A DNA stretch of 64,000 nt from an uncultured Actinomycetota bacterium (GTDB lineage: Bacteria > Actinomycetota > Actinomycetes > Actinomycetales > CAWJMD01): NCBI GenBank assembly GCA_963843835.1, contig CAWJMD010000008.1, positions 388,043 through 452,042 of the forward strand. The letters run 5' to 3'. Both the position numbers and the translations under genes were made by a program. The notes below the pieces were generated by a model. That model did no database searches and was not told the DNA's origin. It worked only from the letters and a program-made list of their open reading frames with translations. Shown in pieces: positions 47,183 to 57,191 of the stretch (positions within the stretch are counted from its first letter, which is position 1; each line of letters begins with the position of its first letter).

Positions 47183-48484
47183 CTACTGGCCCACGATGAC
47201 GTTCACGTTGCGGGGCCAGTTCAGGTACCGCACAGCGAGGTTGGTGATCACCGCGAAGCGGTTGCGGTTGCTCAGGAGGACCATGACGTGCAGCGCCAGC
47301 CACGCGAGCCACGCGAGCGTGCCCTTGAACGTGATGCCGACCGGCAGCTCGGCCACAGCCGCACGGCGGCCGATCGTCGCCATGATCCCCTTGTCCTTGT
47401 ACGAGAAGGGGGTCGACGGCAGGCCGGCGATCGTGCGACGGATCTGCTCGGCGACGTGCGAGCCCTGCTGGAGTGCAGGCTGGGCGAGCTGCGGCTGCGG
47501 GTCGTCGACGTCCGCGCTCACGTCGCCGATCGCGAAGACGTTGGCCAGGCCGACCACGCGCTGGTCCGGGCCGACCTGGATCCGTCCGCCGCGACCCTGG
47601 GGCAGTCCCCACTCGGAGACGACGGGGTGGGCGGTGACGCCGGTCGCCCAGATCACGGTGCGCGTCGGGATGACCTCGCCGTCGCTGAGCCGCACCTCGG
47701 TGTCGGTCACCTCGGCCACCGTGGCGCCGAGCCGCAGGTCGACGCCGCGCTTGCGCAGCATCTTGGCCGCGTAGGTGCGCAGGCCCTTCTTGAAGGGCGC
47801 GAGGACGTCGTCGCCCATCTCGACGAGGATCACCTTCATCGCGCCCGCGTCGAGCTCGGGGTAGGCGTAGGGGAGCGCTCCGCGCACCATCTCGGCCAGC
47901 GTCCCGGCCATCTCGACGCCGGTCGCGCCACCGCCGACCACGACGATCGTGCCGCGGCCACGGGTGTCCTGCTTGCGGGAGAGCTGGTCGAGCTGGGCGA
48001 ACAGGTGGTCGCGGGTCTCGATGGCCTCGGACCGCGTGTAGATCGTGAGCGAGTGCTCCTCGGCGCCGGGGATGCCGAAGAAGTTGGCCCGCACGCCGGT
48101 GCCGATCACGAGGTAGTCGTAGTCGACGTGCTCACCCTCGGCGAGCCGGACCTGCTGCGCGGCGGTGTCGATGCCGACGACGGTGCCGCGCAGGTACCGG
48201 GCGTTGGGGTGCTTCACCGCGAACGCCCGCAGCGCGTACGTGACGTCCCCGGGGTTCAGGCCGCCGGTGGCCACCTGGTAGAGCAGCGGCTGGAAGGTGT
48301 TGAAGCCGTTCCGGTCGATGAGCGTCACGTCGACGTCGGCCCAGCGCAGCGACTGCACGGCGGCCATGCCCCCGAAGCCCGCCCCCACGACCACCACGCG
48401 CGGTCGCTGGCGGCGGCTCACCTTCTTGTGGCGCACGGACGTCGTCGCCTGGGTTCCTTCGTGGTCGACCGTCGTCTCGGCCAT
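47183..48484 (-). CDS. ndh: type II NADH dehydrogenase (NAD(P)/FAD-dependent oxidoreductase)
   Basis: VVVVGAGFGGMAAV and IVVVGGGATGVE dinucleotide folds. ATG 48484 chosen within ORF 47183..48595. Confidence 0.85.
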   Translation of the reverse strand: MAETTVDHEGTQATTSVRHKKVSRRQRPRVVVVGAGFGGMAAVQSLRWADVDVTLIDRNGFNTFQPLLYQVATGGLNPGDVTYALRAFAVKHPNARYLRGTVVGIDTAAQQVRLAEGEHVDYDYLVIGTGVRANFFGIPGAEEHSLTIYTRSEAIETRDHLFAQLDQLSRKQDTRGRGTIVVVGGGATGVEMAGTLAEMVRGALPYAYPELDAGAMKVILVEMGDDVLAPFKKGLRTYAAKMLRKRGVDLRLGATVAEVTDTEVRLSDGEVIPTRTVIWATGVTAHPVVSEWGLPQGRGGRIQVGPDQRVVGLANVFAIGDVSADVDDPQPQLAQPALQQGSHVAEQIRRTIAGLPSTPFSYKDKGIMATIGRRAAVAELPVGITFKGTLAWLAWLALHVMVLLSNRNRFAVITNLAVRYLNWPRNVNVIVGQ

Positions 48485-48650
48485 CGCGCTCGGTCTCCTG
48501 GGGGGTCGGGGTCGGGTCCGGCTCTCACTCCATGGAACACCCGCCGTCAGCGTGGCATGTCCCCAGATGGTCCCGACAGGGGTGAGGTCGCTCACTCTCG
48601 GAACCCACCGGCCCCGGTCTCGCCGATCCGCGGATCGGGGGCCGACGTAC

Positions 48651-48685
48651 CGACGGCGGCCGACCCGTAGGGGCGGCCGCCGTCG
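48651..48685 (-). terminator. stem-loop downstream of glnA (12-bp perfect stem CGACGGCGGCCG / CGGCCGCCGTCG, 11-nt loop)
   Basis: Read directly. It starts 16 nt after the glnA stop on the minus strand. No U-tract, as is common in actinobacteria. Confidence 0.6.
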
Positions 48686-48700
48686 GGCGTCGGGGCGTGC

Positions 48701-50125
48701 TCAGCAGTCGTAGTACATCTCGAACTCGTGCGGGTGCGGCCGGAAGCGCACGGGGTCGATCTCCTTGGTGCGCTTGTACTCGATCCACGTCTCGATCAGG
48801 TCGGGGGCGAACACGTCGCCCTCGGTGAGGTAGTCGTGGTCCTCCTCGAGCGCGTCGAGCACGGCTCCGAGCGAGCCGGGGACCTGCGCGATGGAGGCGT
48901 GCTCCTCGGGAGGCAGCTCGTAGAGGTCCTTGTCGACGGGGTCGGCCGGCTCGATGCGGTTCTTGATGCCGTCGAGGCCGGCCATCAGCATCGCCGAGAA
49001 CGCGAGGTACGGGTTCGACGACGGGTCGGGCACGCGGAACTCGATGCGCTTGGCCTTCGGGTTCGACCCCGTGATCGGGATGCGGACGCAGGCCGAGCGG
49101 TTGCGGGCCGAGTACACCAGGTTGACGGGGGCCTCGTAGCCGGGCACGAGCCGGTGGTACGAGTTCAGCGTCGGGTTGGTGAACGCGAGCAGCGACGGGG
49201 CGTGCTTGAGCAGGCCACCGATGTACCAGCGGGCCATGTCGGACAGGCCGCCGTAGCCGCGCTCGTCGTAGAAGAGCGGCGAGCCGTCCTTCCACAGCGA
49301 CTGGTGGACGTGCATGCCGGACCCGTTGTCACCGAACAGCGGCTTGGGCATGAACGTCGCGGTCTTGCCGTGCGCGTGCGCGACGTTCTTCACCACGTAC
49401 TTGAACAGCATCACCTTGTCGGCCGACTTGGCGAGGCTGTCGAAGCGGTAGTTGATCTCGGCCTGGCCCGCGGTGCCGACCTCGTGGTGGCTGCGCTCGA
49501 CCTCCAGGCCCAGCTTGTCGAGCTCGAGGCAGATCGCGTCACGCAGGTCGGCGAAGTGGTCGACCGGCGGCACGGGGAAGTACCCGCCCTTGTAGGGGGT
49601 CTTGTGCCCGAGGTTTCCGCCTTCCTCCTTGCGACCGGTGTTCCAGGCGCCCTCGATCGAGTCGATGTAGTAGTACCCGGCGTTCGACTTCGTCTCGAAC
49701 CGGACGTCGTCGAAGATGTAGAACTCGGCCTCCGGGGCGAAGAACGCCGTGTCGGCGATGCCGGTCGACTGCAGGTACGCCTCCGCCTTCGCGGCGACCT
49801 GACGGGGGTCGCGGCTGTAGGGCTCGTCGGTGAGGGGGTCGACGATGCGGAAGTTGAGGTTGAGGGTCTTCTCCGTGCGGAACGGGTCGATGTACGCCGT
49901 CGTCACGTCCGGGATCAGCTTCATGTCCGACTCGTGGATGGCCTGGAAGCCGCGGATCGACGACCCGTCGAACATCTGTCCCTCGGTGAAGAAGTCCTCG
50001 CCGACCGAGGCGGCGGGCACGTTGAAGTGCTGCATCACGCCGGGCAGGTCGCAGAACCGCACATCGACGAACTTGACGTCTTCGTCCCTGAGGTACGAGA
50101 CGACCTCTTCGGAGTCCTTGAACAT
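48701..50125 (-). CDS. glnA: type I glutamine synthetase
   Basis: 474 aa. [42 protein letters not shown], and the adenylylation-loop context NLYELPPEE. Confidence 0.95.
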   Translation of the reverse strand: MFKDSEEVVSYLRDEDVKFVDVRFCDLPGVMQHFNVPAASVGEDFFTEGQMFDGSSIRGFQAIHESDMKLIPDVTTAYIDPFRTEKTLNLNFRIVDPLTDEPYSRDPRQVAAKAEAYLQSTGIADTAFFAPEAEFYIFDDVRFETKSNAGYYYIDSIEGAWNTGRKEEGGNLGHKTPYKGGYFPVPPVDHFADLRDAICLELDKLGLEVERSHHEVGTAGQAEINYRFDSLAKSADKVMLFKYVVKNVAHAHGKTATFMPKPLFGDNGSGMHVHQSLWKDGSPLFYDERGYGGLSDMARWYIGGLLKHAPSLLAFTNPTLNSYHRLVPGYEAPVNLVYSARNRSACVRIPITGSNPKAKRIEFRVPDPSSNPYLAFSAMLMAGLDGIKNRIEPADPVDKDLYELPPEEHASIAQVPGSLGAVLDALEEDHDYLTEGDVFAPDLIETWIEYKRTKEIDPVRFRPHPHEFEMYYDC

Positions 50126-50179
50126 CCATCCTCCTCATGCCGGACCGGGTGTCCGCTGCGTCGACCCTAGTGAGGGGCA

Positions 50180-50217
50180 GTTACTCGGCCGTGTCCCGGA
50201 TGTTTCCGTGGAGTTAC
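50180..50217 (-). promoter_or_regulatory. GlnR-type operator: four 5-nt half-sites with exact 11-nt periodicity
   Basis: The minus strand reads GTAAC-n6-GAAAC-n6-GACAC-n6-GTAAC, 55-92 nt upstream of the glnA start. This matches the actinobacterial GlnR box consensus gTnAc-n6-GaAAc. Confidence 0.7.
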
Positions 50218-50279
50218 GCAGCCGGCCGCCCCGAACCCGCGGCTGAGCGACCCCGACGGTCGCGGGCTAGCCTGGCACG

Positions 50280-50723
50280 GTGGTGGAGCGAAGAGACGTC
50301 GGCGCGTGGCTGGAGGGTCCTCCGTCCGCGCGCGAGAGGGGTCTTGGTCACCCCGGCGAGCGGCTGGGCCTGCCCGACACCGGGCCGCGGTCCGTCGCCC
50401 GCGTCGGCCGCCGGCTGGTCGCGGTCAGCATCGACTGGCTCGCCTGCCTCCTGATCTCCACGGCCTTCTTCGGTGGCGACCCCTGGGCGACGCTCGGCGT
50501 GTTCGCCGCGCTCCAGGTGCTGACGGTGGGAACCGTCGGATCCAGCCCCGGGCACGCCCTGCTGGGCCTGCGGCTGCAGCGCGTCACCGGTGGGTGGGCC
50601 GGCCCGGCGCCGGCGGCGGTGCGCACCGTGCTTCTCTGCCTCGTGCTGCCGGCCGTGGTGTTCGACCGCGACCAGCGGGGTCTGCACGACCGGGCGGCGG
50701 GAACGGTGCTGGTGCGACGTTGA
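50280..50723 (+). CDS. RDD family membrane protein
   Basis: 147 aa. RRLVAVSIDWL, TM segments, and a C-terminal RGLHDRAAGTVLV motif. Confidence 0.8.
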   Translation: MVERRDVGAWLEGPPSARERGLGHPGERLGLPDTGPRSVARVGRRLVAVSIDWLACLLISTAFFGGDPWATLGVFAALQVLTVGTVGSSPGHALLGLRLQRVTGGWAGPAPAAVRTVLLCLVLPAVVFDRDQRGLHDRAAGTVLVRR

Positions 50724-50729
50724 GACGTG

Positions 50730-50754
50730 GCGGCCCCGGGACCGCCGGGGCCGC
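50730..50754 (+). terminator. stem-loop after RDD gene (GCGGCCCCGG gaccg CCGGGGCCGC)
   Basis: 10-bp perfect stem and 5-nt loop, 7 nt after the stop codon. Confidence 0.55.
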
Positions 50755-50776
50755 ATGGACGGACGACGAACCGGCG

Positions 50777-51166
50777 GTGGCGCCGGAGAACTGGGGTGCG
50801 TGGACGGTGGCCGCAACGTGGCGTAGGTGTGAGACCTGCCGGAAGGTCCTCTCGGTGAACGACTTCGACGGCGACGCGGGCACCTGTGACGGTTGCCTGA
50901 CCAAGCCTGAGAAGCCCGCCCCGCGCAGCGCGGGGGCCGCCAAGGTGACGACCCGCCGCGTGGCCCCGGCCGCGGGTGCCGCGACGGCCCAGGCAGTCGG
51001 CACGGACGAACGCCGGCGCGCGGCGCCCGTGGGCGTCGTCGGCCGCGGTGACCGGGAGGTCCGGGCCCGTCGTGCGCGGTCCACGGCGCTCGAACGGCTC
51101 GTGGAGATGCACGAGGAGGACTACGAGCGGCTCCTCGCCGAGGCGCGCCGGGCCGAAGGCGTCTAG
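50777..51166 (+). CDS. hypothetical zinc-ribbon protein (CxxC-n16-CxxC)
   Basis: C-terminal part of ORF 50306..51166 starting at GTG 50777. CETCRKVLSVNDFDGDAGTCDGC, then a basic region and an acidic helix (LERLVEMHEEDYERLLAEARRAEG). Confidence 0.45.
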   Translation: MAPENWGAWTVAATWRRCETCRKVLSVNDFDGDAGTCDGCLTKPEKPAPRSAGAAKVTTRRVAPAAGAATAQAVGTDERRRAAPVGVVGRGDREVRARRARSTALERLVEMHEEDYERLLAEARRAEGV

Positions 51167-52632
51167 GTCTTCGGGACGGCCTCCGCCAGCGCCGCCATCG
51201 CGGCGGTGAAGCAGTCCTCGGGCGGCGTCACCAGGCCGGCACCGACCTGGCCCACCCCGGCCTGCTTGCCGGCCATGCCGGTGTTGATCTGCGGAAGGAT
51301 CCGCGTCCGCGCGACGGCCGTCACGTCGATGCCCACCGGGCTGCCCCGGAAGCCCATCGCCGCGATCTGGAACGCGGGGTGCTCGGCCAGGGTGATCTCG
51401 TACATCCGCAGCGTGGTCGAGACCGCGGTGGTCGAGTCGCCGCCCACGAACGCCACGATCGCCGGCGCCGCTGCCATCGAGAAGCCGCCGATGCCGGCCG
51501 TCTCGGTGATCGACGAGTCGCCGATGTCGGGGTTGGCGTCGTCCGGACCGTAGTCGCCGAGGAACAGCCCGTCGGCGAGCTGCGCCGGACCGGTGAACCA
51601 CCGGTCCCCGGTGCCCGAGACCTGGATGCCGAACTCGGTTCCGTTCCGTGCCATCGCGACCACGAGGGTCGAACCGGGCACGTCACGGCCGGCGTCGAGG
51701 GCGACCTTGCAGGCGGGCATCACCAGGTTGAGGAAGAAGTGGTCGTTGCCGTTGCAGAACCGCACGACCTCGGCCACCTGCGCGGGCTCGGGGGCGTCGG
51801 CGCCCGTCAGGTCCAGCAGCTCCGGGACCAGCTCGCGGACGAGCATCATCGTGCCGGCGCGGTTACGGTTGTGCCCCTCGTCACCCATCTGCAGCATCTG
51901 GGCGATGATCGAGCGGATGTCGATCGGCCCGGCGGCCGACTCCACCCGTCGGCGGACGGCGGTCTGCAGCAGCGGGCCGAGCACGTCCGACATCCACTGG
52001 AGCCTCTCGACGACGTCGGACGAGTAGGCGCCGTACCGCAGCACCTTGCCGAGGCCCTCGTTGAGGGAGCAGAAGGCGCTGCGTCCCGAGCCGGGGTCAC
52101 GCACCTCGAAGACCCACATGCTGGGGCTGACCACGCCGGCCATCGGACCGACCGCGCGGTGGTGGTGGCAGGGCGACAGCGTGATCGGTGAGCCGTCGCG
52201 CAGACGCCCCTCGGTCAGCAGGCGCTCGGCCTCGCCGGCGTCGTCGGCCAGGTTCTCGTACAGCATCGCGCCCACCAGTGCCCCACGCATCGGCCCGGAC
52301 GCGTCGGCGAAGTCGAGCGGGGGACCTGCGTGCAGGAAGGTGCCCGGTTCCAGGTCGAGGGCGTCGGAGGCAGGCCGCACGTCGACCAGCTCGGCGCCTG
52401 CCGCCAGCACGCGCCGCACGGCCTCCTCGTTCGCCGCCTGCCGTCGCGGGTCGGCCAGCACTCGACGCAACGCAGCCTCCGTGCCGGTCAGGGGCGGCCG
52501 CCAGTCGACGCGGTGCGCGGTGACCGCCTGGGCCTCCAGCGCGTCCGCGAACAGGTCGACGCCGACCGTGGTCACGTCCGTCGGGCCGGCGAGGAGGCGG
52601 GCGGCGGGGCTGTTCTCGTCCGTCGTGGTCAT
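51163..52632 (-). CDS. allG: DUF1116 protein, YlbE/AllG-like (oxamate carbamoyltransferase subunit family)
   Basis: 489 aa. PCHHHRAVGPMAG, FCNGNDHFFLN and ITETAGIGGF match my memory of the DUF1116/YlbE family. A 4-nt overlap links it to the fdrA-like gene. Confidence 0.7.
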   Translation of the reverse strand: MTTTDENSPAARLLAGPTDVTTVGVDLFADALEAQAVTAHRVDWRPPLTGTEAALRRVLADPRRQAANEEAVRRVLAAGAELVDVRPASDALDLEPGTFLHAGPPLDFADASGPMRGALVGAMLYENLADDAGEAERLLTEGRLRDGSPITLSPCHHHRAVGPMAGVVSPSMWVFEVRDPGSGRSAFCSLNEGLGKVLRYGAYSSDVVERLQWMSDVLGPLLQTAVRRRVESAAGPIDIRSIIAQMLQMGDEGHNRNRAGTMMLVRELVPELLDLTGADAPEPAQVAEVVRFCNGNDHFFLNLVMPACKVALDAGRDVPGSTLVVAMARNGTEFGIQVSGTGDRWFTGPAQLADGLFLGDYGPDDANPDIGDSSITETAGIGGFSMAAAPAIVAFVGGDSTTAVSTTLRMYEITLAEHPAFQIAAMGFRGSPVGIDVTAVARTRILPQINTGMAGKQAGVGQVGAGLVTPPEDCFTAAMAALAEAVPKT

Positions 52633-54185
52633 CGGGTGGCTCCTGCGGGGACGTGGGGGAGGAGGTCGGTGGCCGCGGCCGTGGCCTGGGCGTTGGAGAG
52701 GTAGACGTGGGCCCCCGAGGCCGCGAGGGCCTCGGCCTGGACGTCACGACCCTGCGGGTCGTCCGCTGTGGCCACCAGGGTGACCAGGACGTCCAGCTCG
52801 CGGCCCTGGTCGCGCGCCGTCGCCAGTGCCTGCTCGATCGCCGGCGCGTGCGCCCCTGCCGGGTCGGCGTGGGCGCCGTGGCCGAGGACGACGTCGAGCA
52901 GGAGCACGCGGACGCGGGGGTCGGCGGCGGCGTCGGCGATGGCCTCGAGACGCAGCGTCGGGTCGATCATGGGGTGCGCCCGGCCCACCGTGAGCGTGTC
53001 GTCGCCGAGGTCGACGACGGCGTGACCCGCCTGGCTGAGCGACGCCGTGAGAGCGCCGGGCCCGGACGCATCCAGGGCCGGCGCCCCCTCGAGGGGGACG
53101 TTCGAGGCGATCGCGCCCAGGGTGCGGGAGGCGAGGACCATCGCTTCGTCGCAGAGCGTCCCTCCGGCGAAAAGACCTCGCAGCAGGCTGTTCTCGGGGG
53201 AGGCCGGCTGGTCGAACGTCACCGGCTGGTCCACGGGGACCGGCCGGCCCCAGGCGGGCCAGAGGGGGAACTCGTTGCCAAGCCGTGCGCAGACCTGTTC
53301 GGCGGCCACGGTGAGGCCCTCGGACTCGGGACCGAGCACCGCCCAGACGAGGTCGAGGCCGAGCTCCTCGGCCAGGTGCTCGAGCCTGGTCACGACGTCG
53401 GCGTCGGCAGGCTTCGAGACCAGAACCACCAGCTCAGTCGCCTCATCCACCGCGAGCATGCGCAGTGCCTGCTCGGCTGCAAGGCCTCCGACCCGCGCCC
53501 CGAGATCACGGCCACCGAGGCCGAGGCAGTGCCTGACCCCGATCCCTTGCGCGTCAAGCAGCGACATCAGGTGCTGCGCACCGGTTCCCGACGCGGCCAC
53601 GATCGACACCAGTCCGGGTCGCACGGCGTTGGCGAAGCCGAGGCCGACGCCACCGACAACGGCCGTGCCGCAGTCGGGGCCCATCACGAGGAGACCGCGC
53701 TCTGCGGCGGCCCGCTTGAGCGCGACCTCGTCGTCGAGGTCGACGTTGTCGCTGAACAGCATCACGTGGGCTCCGGCGTCGAGCGCGTCCCAGGCCTCGA
53801 CGGCAGCCGAGGCTCCGGGAACGGAGATGAGCACCAACGGCGTGGGATCGGCCTTGAGCGCGGTGGCCGTGGTCGCCGGCGGCACCTGGGCGGCCTCGCC
53901 GGACTGCCGGCGGGGTGCCAGCGCCTGCAGCAGCGCCTCGAGCGCCGCCTCGCGGGTGGCGTCCGCGTCGTCCGCGTCCAGGCGCAGGGCGACCACCAGG
54001 TCGTCCGGGCTGGTGGGTGGCAGGTCGAAGCCCATCTGCGCCAGCACGTCGAGGTTGAGGGGGGTGGCCATCGCCACCTGGGCCGCGGCCACTCCGGGAA
54101 CCTGTGCGACCGTGCGGCTCACCCCCAGCAGGGTCACCGAGTCGTGGTACTGGCCGTGCCGTACCTCGACGTGCATGTGGCTCAC
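52629..54185 (-). CDS. fdrA: FdrA/AllF-like acyl-CoA-synthetase (succinyl-CoA synthetase alpha-like) protein
   Basis: HVEVRHGQYHDSVTLLGVSR N-terminus and CoA-ligase-like Gly-rich regions. GTG 54185 follows AGGAGGA and overlaps the upstream stop. Confidence 0.75.
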   Translation of the reverse strand: MSHMHVEVRHGQYHDSVTLLGVSRTVAQVPGVAAAQVAMATPLNLDVLAQMGFDLPPTSPDDLVVALRLDADDADATREAALEALLQALAPRRQSGEAAQVPPATTATALKADPTPLVLISVPGASAAVEAWDALDAGAHVMLFSDNVDLDDEVALKRAAAERGLLVMGPDCGTAVVGGVGLGFANAVRPGLVSIVAASGTGAQHLMSLLDAQGIGVRHCLGLGGRDLGARVGGLAAEQALRMLAVDEATELVVLVSKPADADVVTRLEHLAEELGLDLVWAVLGPESEGLTVAAEQVCARLGNEFPLWPAWGRPVPVDQPVTFDQPASPENSLLRGLFAGGTLCDEAMVLASRTLGAIASNVPLEGAPALDASGPGALTASLSQAGHAVVDLGDDTLTVGRAHPMIDPTLRLEAIADAAADPRVRVLLLDVVLGHGAHADPAGAHAPAIEQALATARDQGRELDVLVTLVATADDPQGRDVQAEALAASGAHVYLSNAQATAAATDLLPHVPAGATR

Positions 54186-55141
54186 GCGATCCTCCTGGTG
54201 GTGGTGTGAGAACGGGGCGATGGGACGTGCTGCGGGGTGGCCCCGTCGAGGGCCGTCGTCAGCACGGCGAGCAACCCGGTCGCCAGGTCGGCGCCGGAGT
54301 GGTGCCCGAGGTCGAGGAGGCCGTCGAGGCGTCGCGCCACGTCGCCGGGGTCGGTCGACGGCGGGCCCGCTGCGGGGGCGAGGACGGCGAGTGCGAGGGC
54401 GACGGGCCGGGGGCACCGGCCCTCCGCCACGTCGGCGAGCAGCGCGGTCGAGACGGCCGTCGTGCAGCCGGCCGCGCCGTCGGCCACCGCCCTCGCGACG
54501 GCCTCGACGCGCGTCCGCGCCGGTTCGCCGGGCGCGAGGGCGAGGGCGGCGAGCAGCACGCCCGCGGCCACGTCGTCGCCGCTCGGGGTGGCACCGGGGC
54601 CGAGTCCCAGACGGGACACGAGCAGGTGCGTGGCCTCGGCGTCGCGTCCTTCGGCGAGTGCCCTGGCCGCGTCCACGGCCCCGGAGCGCGCCGACTCCAC
54701 CTCAGGGGGCGGCGAGGGGCGTGCCGTCACGCGAGCCGCCAGCAACCGCGTGGCGTTCGGGTCGGGCCGCCCGTGCGGGATGCTGTCGGCGTCGAACCAC
54801 CGCGCGACCCGCAGCACGTGGTCCCCGAGGTCCGAGGTGAGACGGCCCCCGCCGAGGACCAGACGGCTCCCGTCCGGCAGCACGACGTCGGGACGGGCGC
54901 CGCGCGGGAGCACGAGCGAGCCGGCGGGCACCACGGCACCGGGCGCCACGACGGCCACGACGCGGGGTTCGGCCGCGTCGACCGCGAGGTAGGCCGCCAG
55001 GCGTCCGCTGGTGAGCACGCGCACGGGCCTCGACGGGCCCAGCAGCAGCCCACGGAGGTGGCCTGCCGCCGCGACGGGGAGGGCACCGGACACCAGGCGT
55101 GCGTCCACGGTTCCTCCTCGGGCCACGGGGCGGGTGGTCAC
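54182..55141 (-). CDS. allH: DUF2877 protein, YlbF/AllH-like
   Basis: GLGPGATPSGDDVAAGVLLA and GHHSGADL motifs, typical of DUF2877. It is the first gene of the trio. Confidence 0.65.
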   Translation of the reverse strand: MTTRPVARGGTVDARLVSGALPVAAAGHLRGLLLGPSRPVRVLTSGRLAAYLAVDAAEPRVVAVVAPGAVVPAGSLVLPRGARPDVVLPDGSRLVLGGGRLTSDLGDHVLRVARWFDADSIPHGRPDPNATRLLAARVTARPSPPPEVESARSGAVDAARALAEGRDAEATHLLVSRLGLGPGATPSGDDVAAGVLLAALALAPGEPARTRVEAVARAVADGAAGCTTAVSTALLADVAEGRCPRPVALALAVLAPAAGPPSTDPGDVARRLDGLLDLGHHSGADLATGLLAVLTTALDGATPQHVPSPRSHTTTRRIA

Positions 55142-55289
55142 GGCGCTCGACCGGGGTGCGCCGAGTGGGTGTTGTCGACGCTAGGTGCACGCACTACCGT
55201 CGCCACATGGGAAATGTTGCCAACGATCCTCTGCTCCGGCACCACATGGTGACGACGCGGGGCGTGGGCCGCGTGAGGGCGACGACCAC

Positions 55290-57017
55290 ATGAGCGAGCC
55301 GAGGTCGGCCGACGTCGCCGAGCCCGGGGCCGGTGCCGGTTTCGAGGAGACCGGCGGCGTGCCGCTCGACCAGGTGCTGCGCACTCCGGTGCTGAGCGGA
55401 TCCCGCGTGCTGGCCGGAGCCCAGGGTCTCTCCCGCCCGGTCACGCGGCTCAACGTGATGGAGGTCCCCGACATCCAGCCCTGGGTTCGCCCGGGCGAGC
55501 TGCTGCTCACCGTGGGCTACCCGGTGCGGGACGACCCGGACTCGCTCGGAGAGCTCGTCGAGGGGTTGCACGCGCGGGGTGTCACCGCGCTGGCGATCAA
55601 GCTGGGGCGCTACCTCGACGCCGTCCCCGACAGCGTGCTCGCCATCGCGGACCGGCTCGGCTTCCCCGTCGTCTCCCTGCCCGCCCACGTGTCCTTCGAC
55701 GACGTCCTGACCGACGTGCTCGGCGAGCTTGTGAACCGCCAGGCCAAGGCGCTGGCACGGGCCGAGCGCGTCCACCGTCGCCTGGTCGACGTGGTCCTCA
55801 CCGGCGGGAGCATGGTCGACGTCGCCGAGTCGCTGTCGGACGTGCTGCCCGCCGTCGTCGTGGTGACGACGCCGGACGGCCGTGAGATCGCCTCTGCCGG
55901 ACCGGACGACCTGCAGCGGGTCGTCCGTGGGCAGCCCTGCTTCGACACCACCGGGCGCCTGCGCACCGAGGACCAGTGCGCAGCCCTCGGTCTGCACGCC
56001 GCGGAGCCCGGAGCGGGCACGAGCCCGCTCGTGTCGACCGCGGTGGCGACGGTCTCGGCCGGCGCCCTCGAGCACGGACGGATCGCCGCCTTCGGCGTCG
56101 GGCGTGAGCTGGGCCCGGACGACCTGCACGCCCTGCAGCGGGCTGCCACCGTCTGCGCCCTCGTCGTCACCCGTGACCTCGCCGTCGCCGCGGTCGAGGA
56201 CAAGTACCGCACCGACTACCTGCGGGACCTGCTGCTCGGACGCGCCGGCCGCCCGGAGGACGCCGTCGCCCACGCCCGTGCCTTCGGCTGGGACGTCAGC
56301 CGCCCGCTCGTCGTCGTCGTGCTCGAACCCGACCCCGCGCCACTCGAACCCGATGCCGCCGAGGTCGACGCGGCCCGCCGCCCGACCGTCGACCGGCAGG
56401 CGGCCGCCCTGGCCGGCGCCCTTCGTGCGCGGGAGGGCCAGGCCGCGGTCGCCGGCCTGCGGACCGAGACCGTCGCCCTCGTCGGCGTGCCCTCGGACGG
56501 CGACGTGCGCCGTACCGTGCGCGAGCTCGTCGCCATCGTCCGCGGCGAGGGCGGGGGAGGGCGCCGCGCCTTCGGCGTCGGCGTCAGCCGGGTGTGCGAG
56601 GGCGTCGACCAGATCCCGTTCGGCTACGAGCAGGCGCGGACCGCGGTGCGGGTCGGGCGACAGGTGCACGGGGAGTCGTCCCTGACCCACTTCGACGAGC
56701 TGGGTGTGTACCGGCTCCTCAGCCTGGTCAGCGACGAGGGGGAGCTGCGGTCGTTCGCGGCGGAGACGCTGGGCGAGCTCGCCGGGACCGATCCCGAGGC
56801 CGAGGACCTGCGACGCACCCTCGAGGTGCTGCTGGAGACCAACATCAACGTGGCCGAGACGGCTCGGCGGCTCCACTTCCACTACAACACCCTGCGCTAC
56901 CGCATCGGCAAGCTCGAACGGCTCCTCGGTCCCTTCACCTCCGAGTCGACGCTGCGTCTCGACCTGTCGCTCGCCCTCAAGGTGGTCGCGATGCGTGGTT
57001 TGTCCAACAGCGCGTGA
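55290..57017 (+). CDS. PucR-family transcriptional regulator (purine catabolism regulator-like)
   Basis: N-terminal PucR domain (RLNVMEVPDIQPWVRPGELLLT) and C-terminal HTH (NINVAETARRLHFHYNTLRYRIGKLERL). Transcribed divergently from the allH-like operon. Confidence 0.85.
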   Translation: MSEPRSADVAEPGAGAGFEETGGVPLDQVLRTPVLSGSRVLAGAQGLSRPVTRLNVMEVPDIQPWVRPGELLLTVGYPVRDDPDSLGELVEGLHARGVTALAIKLGRYLDAVPDSVLAIADRLGFPVVSLPAHVSFDDVLTDVLGELVNRQAKALARAERVHRRLVDVVLTGGSMVDVAESLSDVLPAVVVVTTPDGREIASAGPDDLQRVVRGQPCFDTTGRLRTEDQCAALGLHAAEPGAGTSPLVSTAVATVSAGALEHGRIAAFGVGRELGPDDLHALQRAATVCALVVTRDLAVAAVEDKYRTDYLRDLLLGRAGRPEDAVAHARAFGWDVSRPLVVVVLEPDPAPLEPDAAEVDAARRPTVDRQAAALAGALRAREGQAAVAGLRTETVALVGVPSDGDVRRTVRELVAIVRGEGGGGRRAFGVGVSRVCEGVDQIPFGYEQARTAVRVGRQVHGESSLTHFDELGVYRLLSLVSDEGELRSFAAETLGELAGTDPEAEDLRRTLEVLLETNINVAETARRLHFHYNTLRYRIGKLERLLGPFTSESTLRLDLSLALKVVAMRGLSNSA

Positions 57018-57191
57018 CGGCGCTGGAACTCGTTGCCGTCGAGCGGCCTTGAGGGCTGGCAAGACTCGCCCATCCCGCCTGCCTGACACGGACGTAACGT
57101 TCCGTCATCCTGACCGCACGTGCGCTGCGTCACACCTGTCGTGGCGCCAGGGCTCGGTCACCAGCGGGTCCCCTCAGCGAGAGGAACGGGC

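Noticed and set aside
48622-48637. Perfect 16-nt palindrome CCGATCCGCGGATCGG between ndh and glnA.
   Set aside because: It lies next to the stronger 12-bp glnA terminator hairpin in a convergent/divergent spacer. It is short and GC-rich, so it is plausibly just a second terminator-like hairpin.
55203-55249. Direct repeat CCACATGG (55203-55210 and 55242-55249) in the allH/pucR divergent promoter region, as a possible PucR site.
   Set aside because: It is only 8 nt, does not resemble the PucR box I remember from Bacillus, and cannot be evaluated without other promoters for comparison. Recorded only as a pointer.
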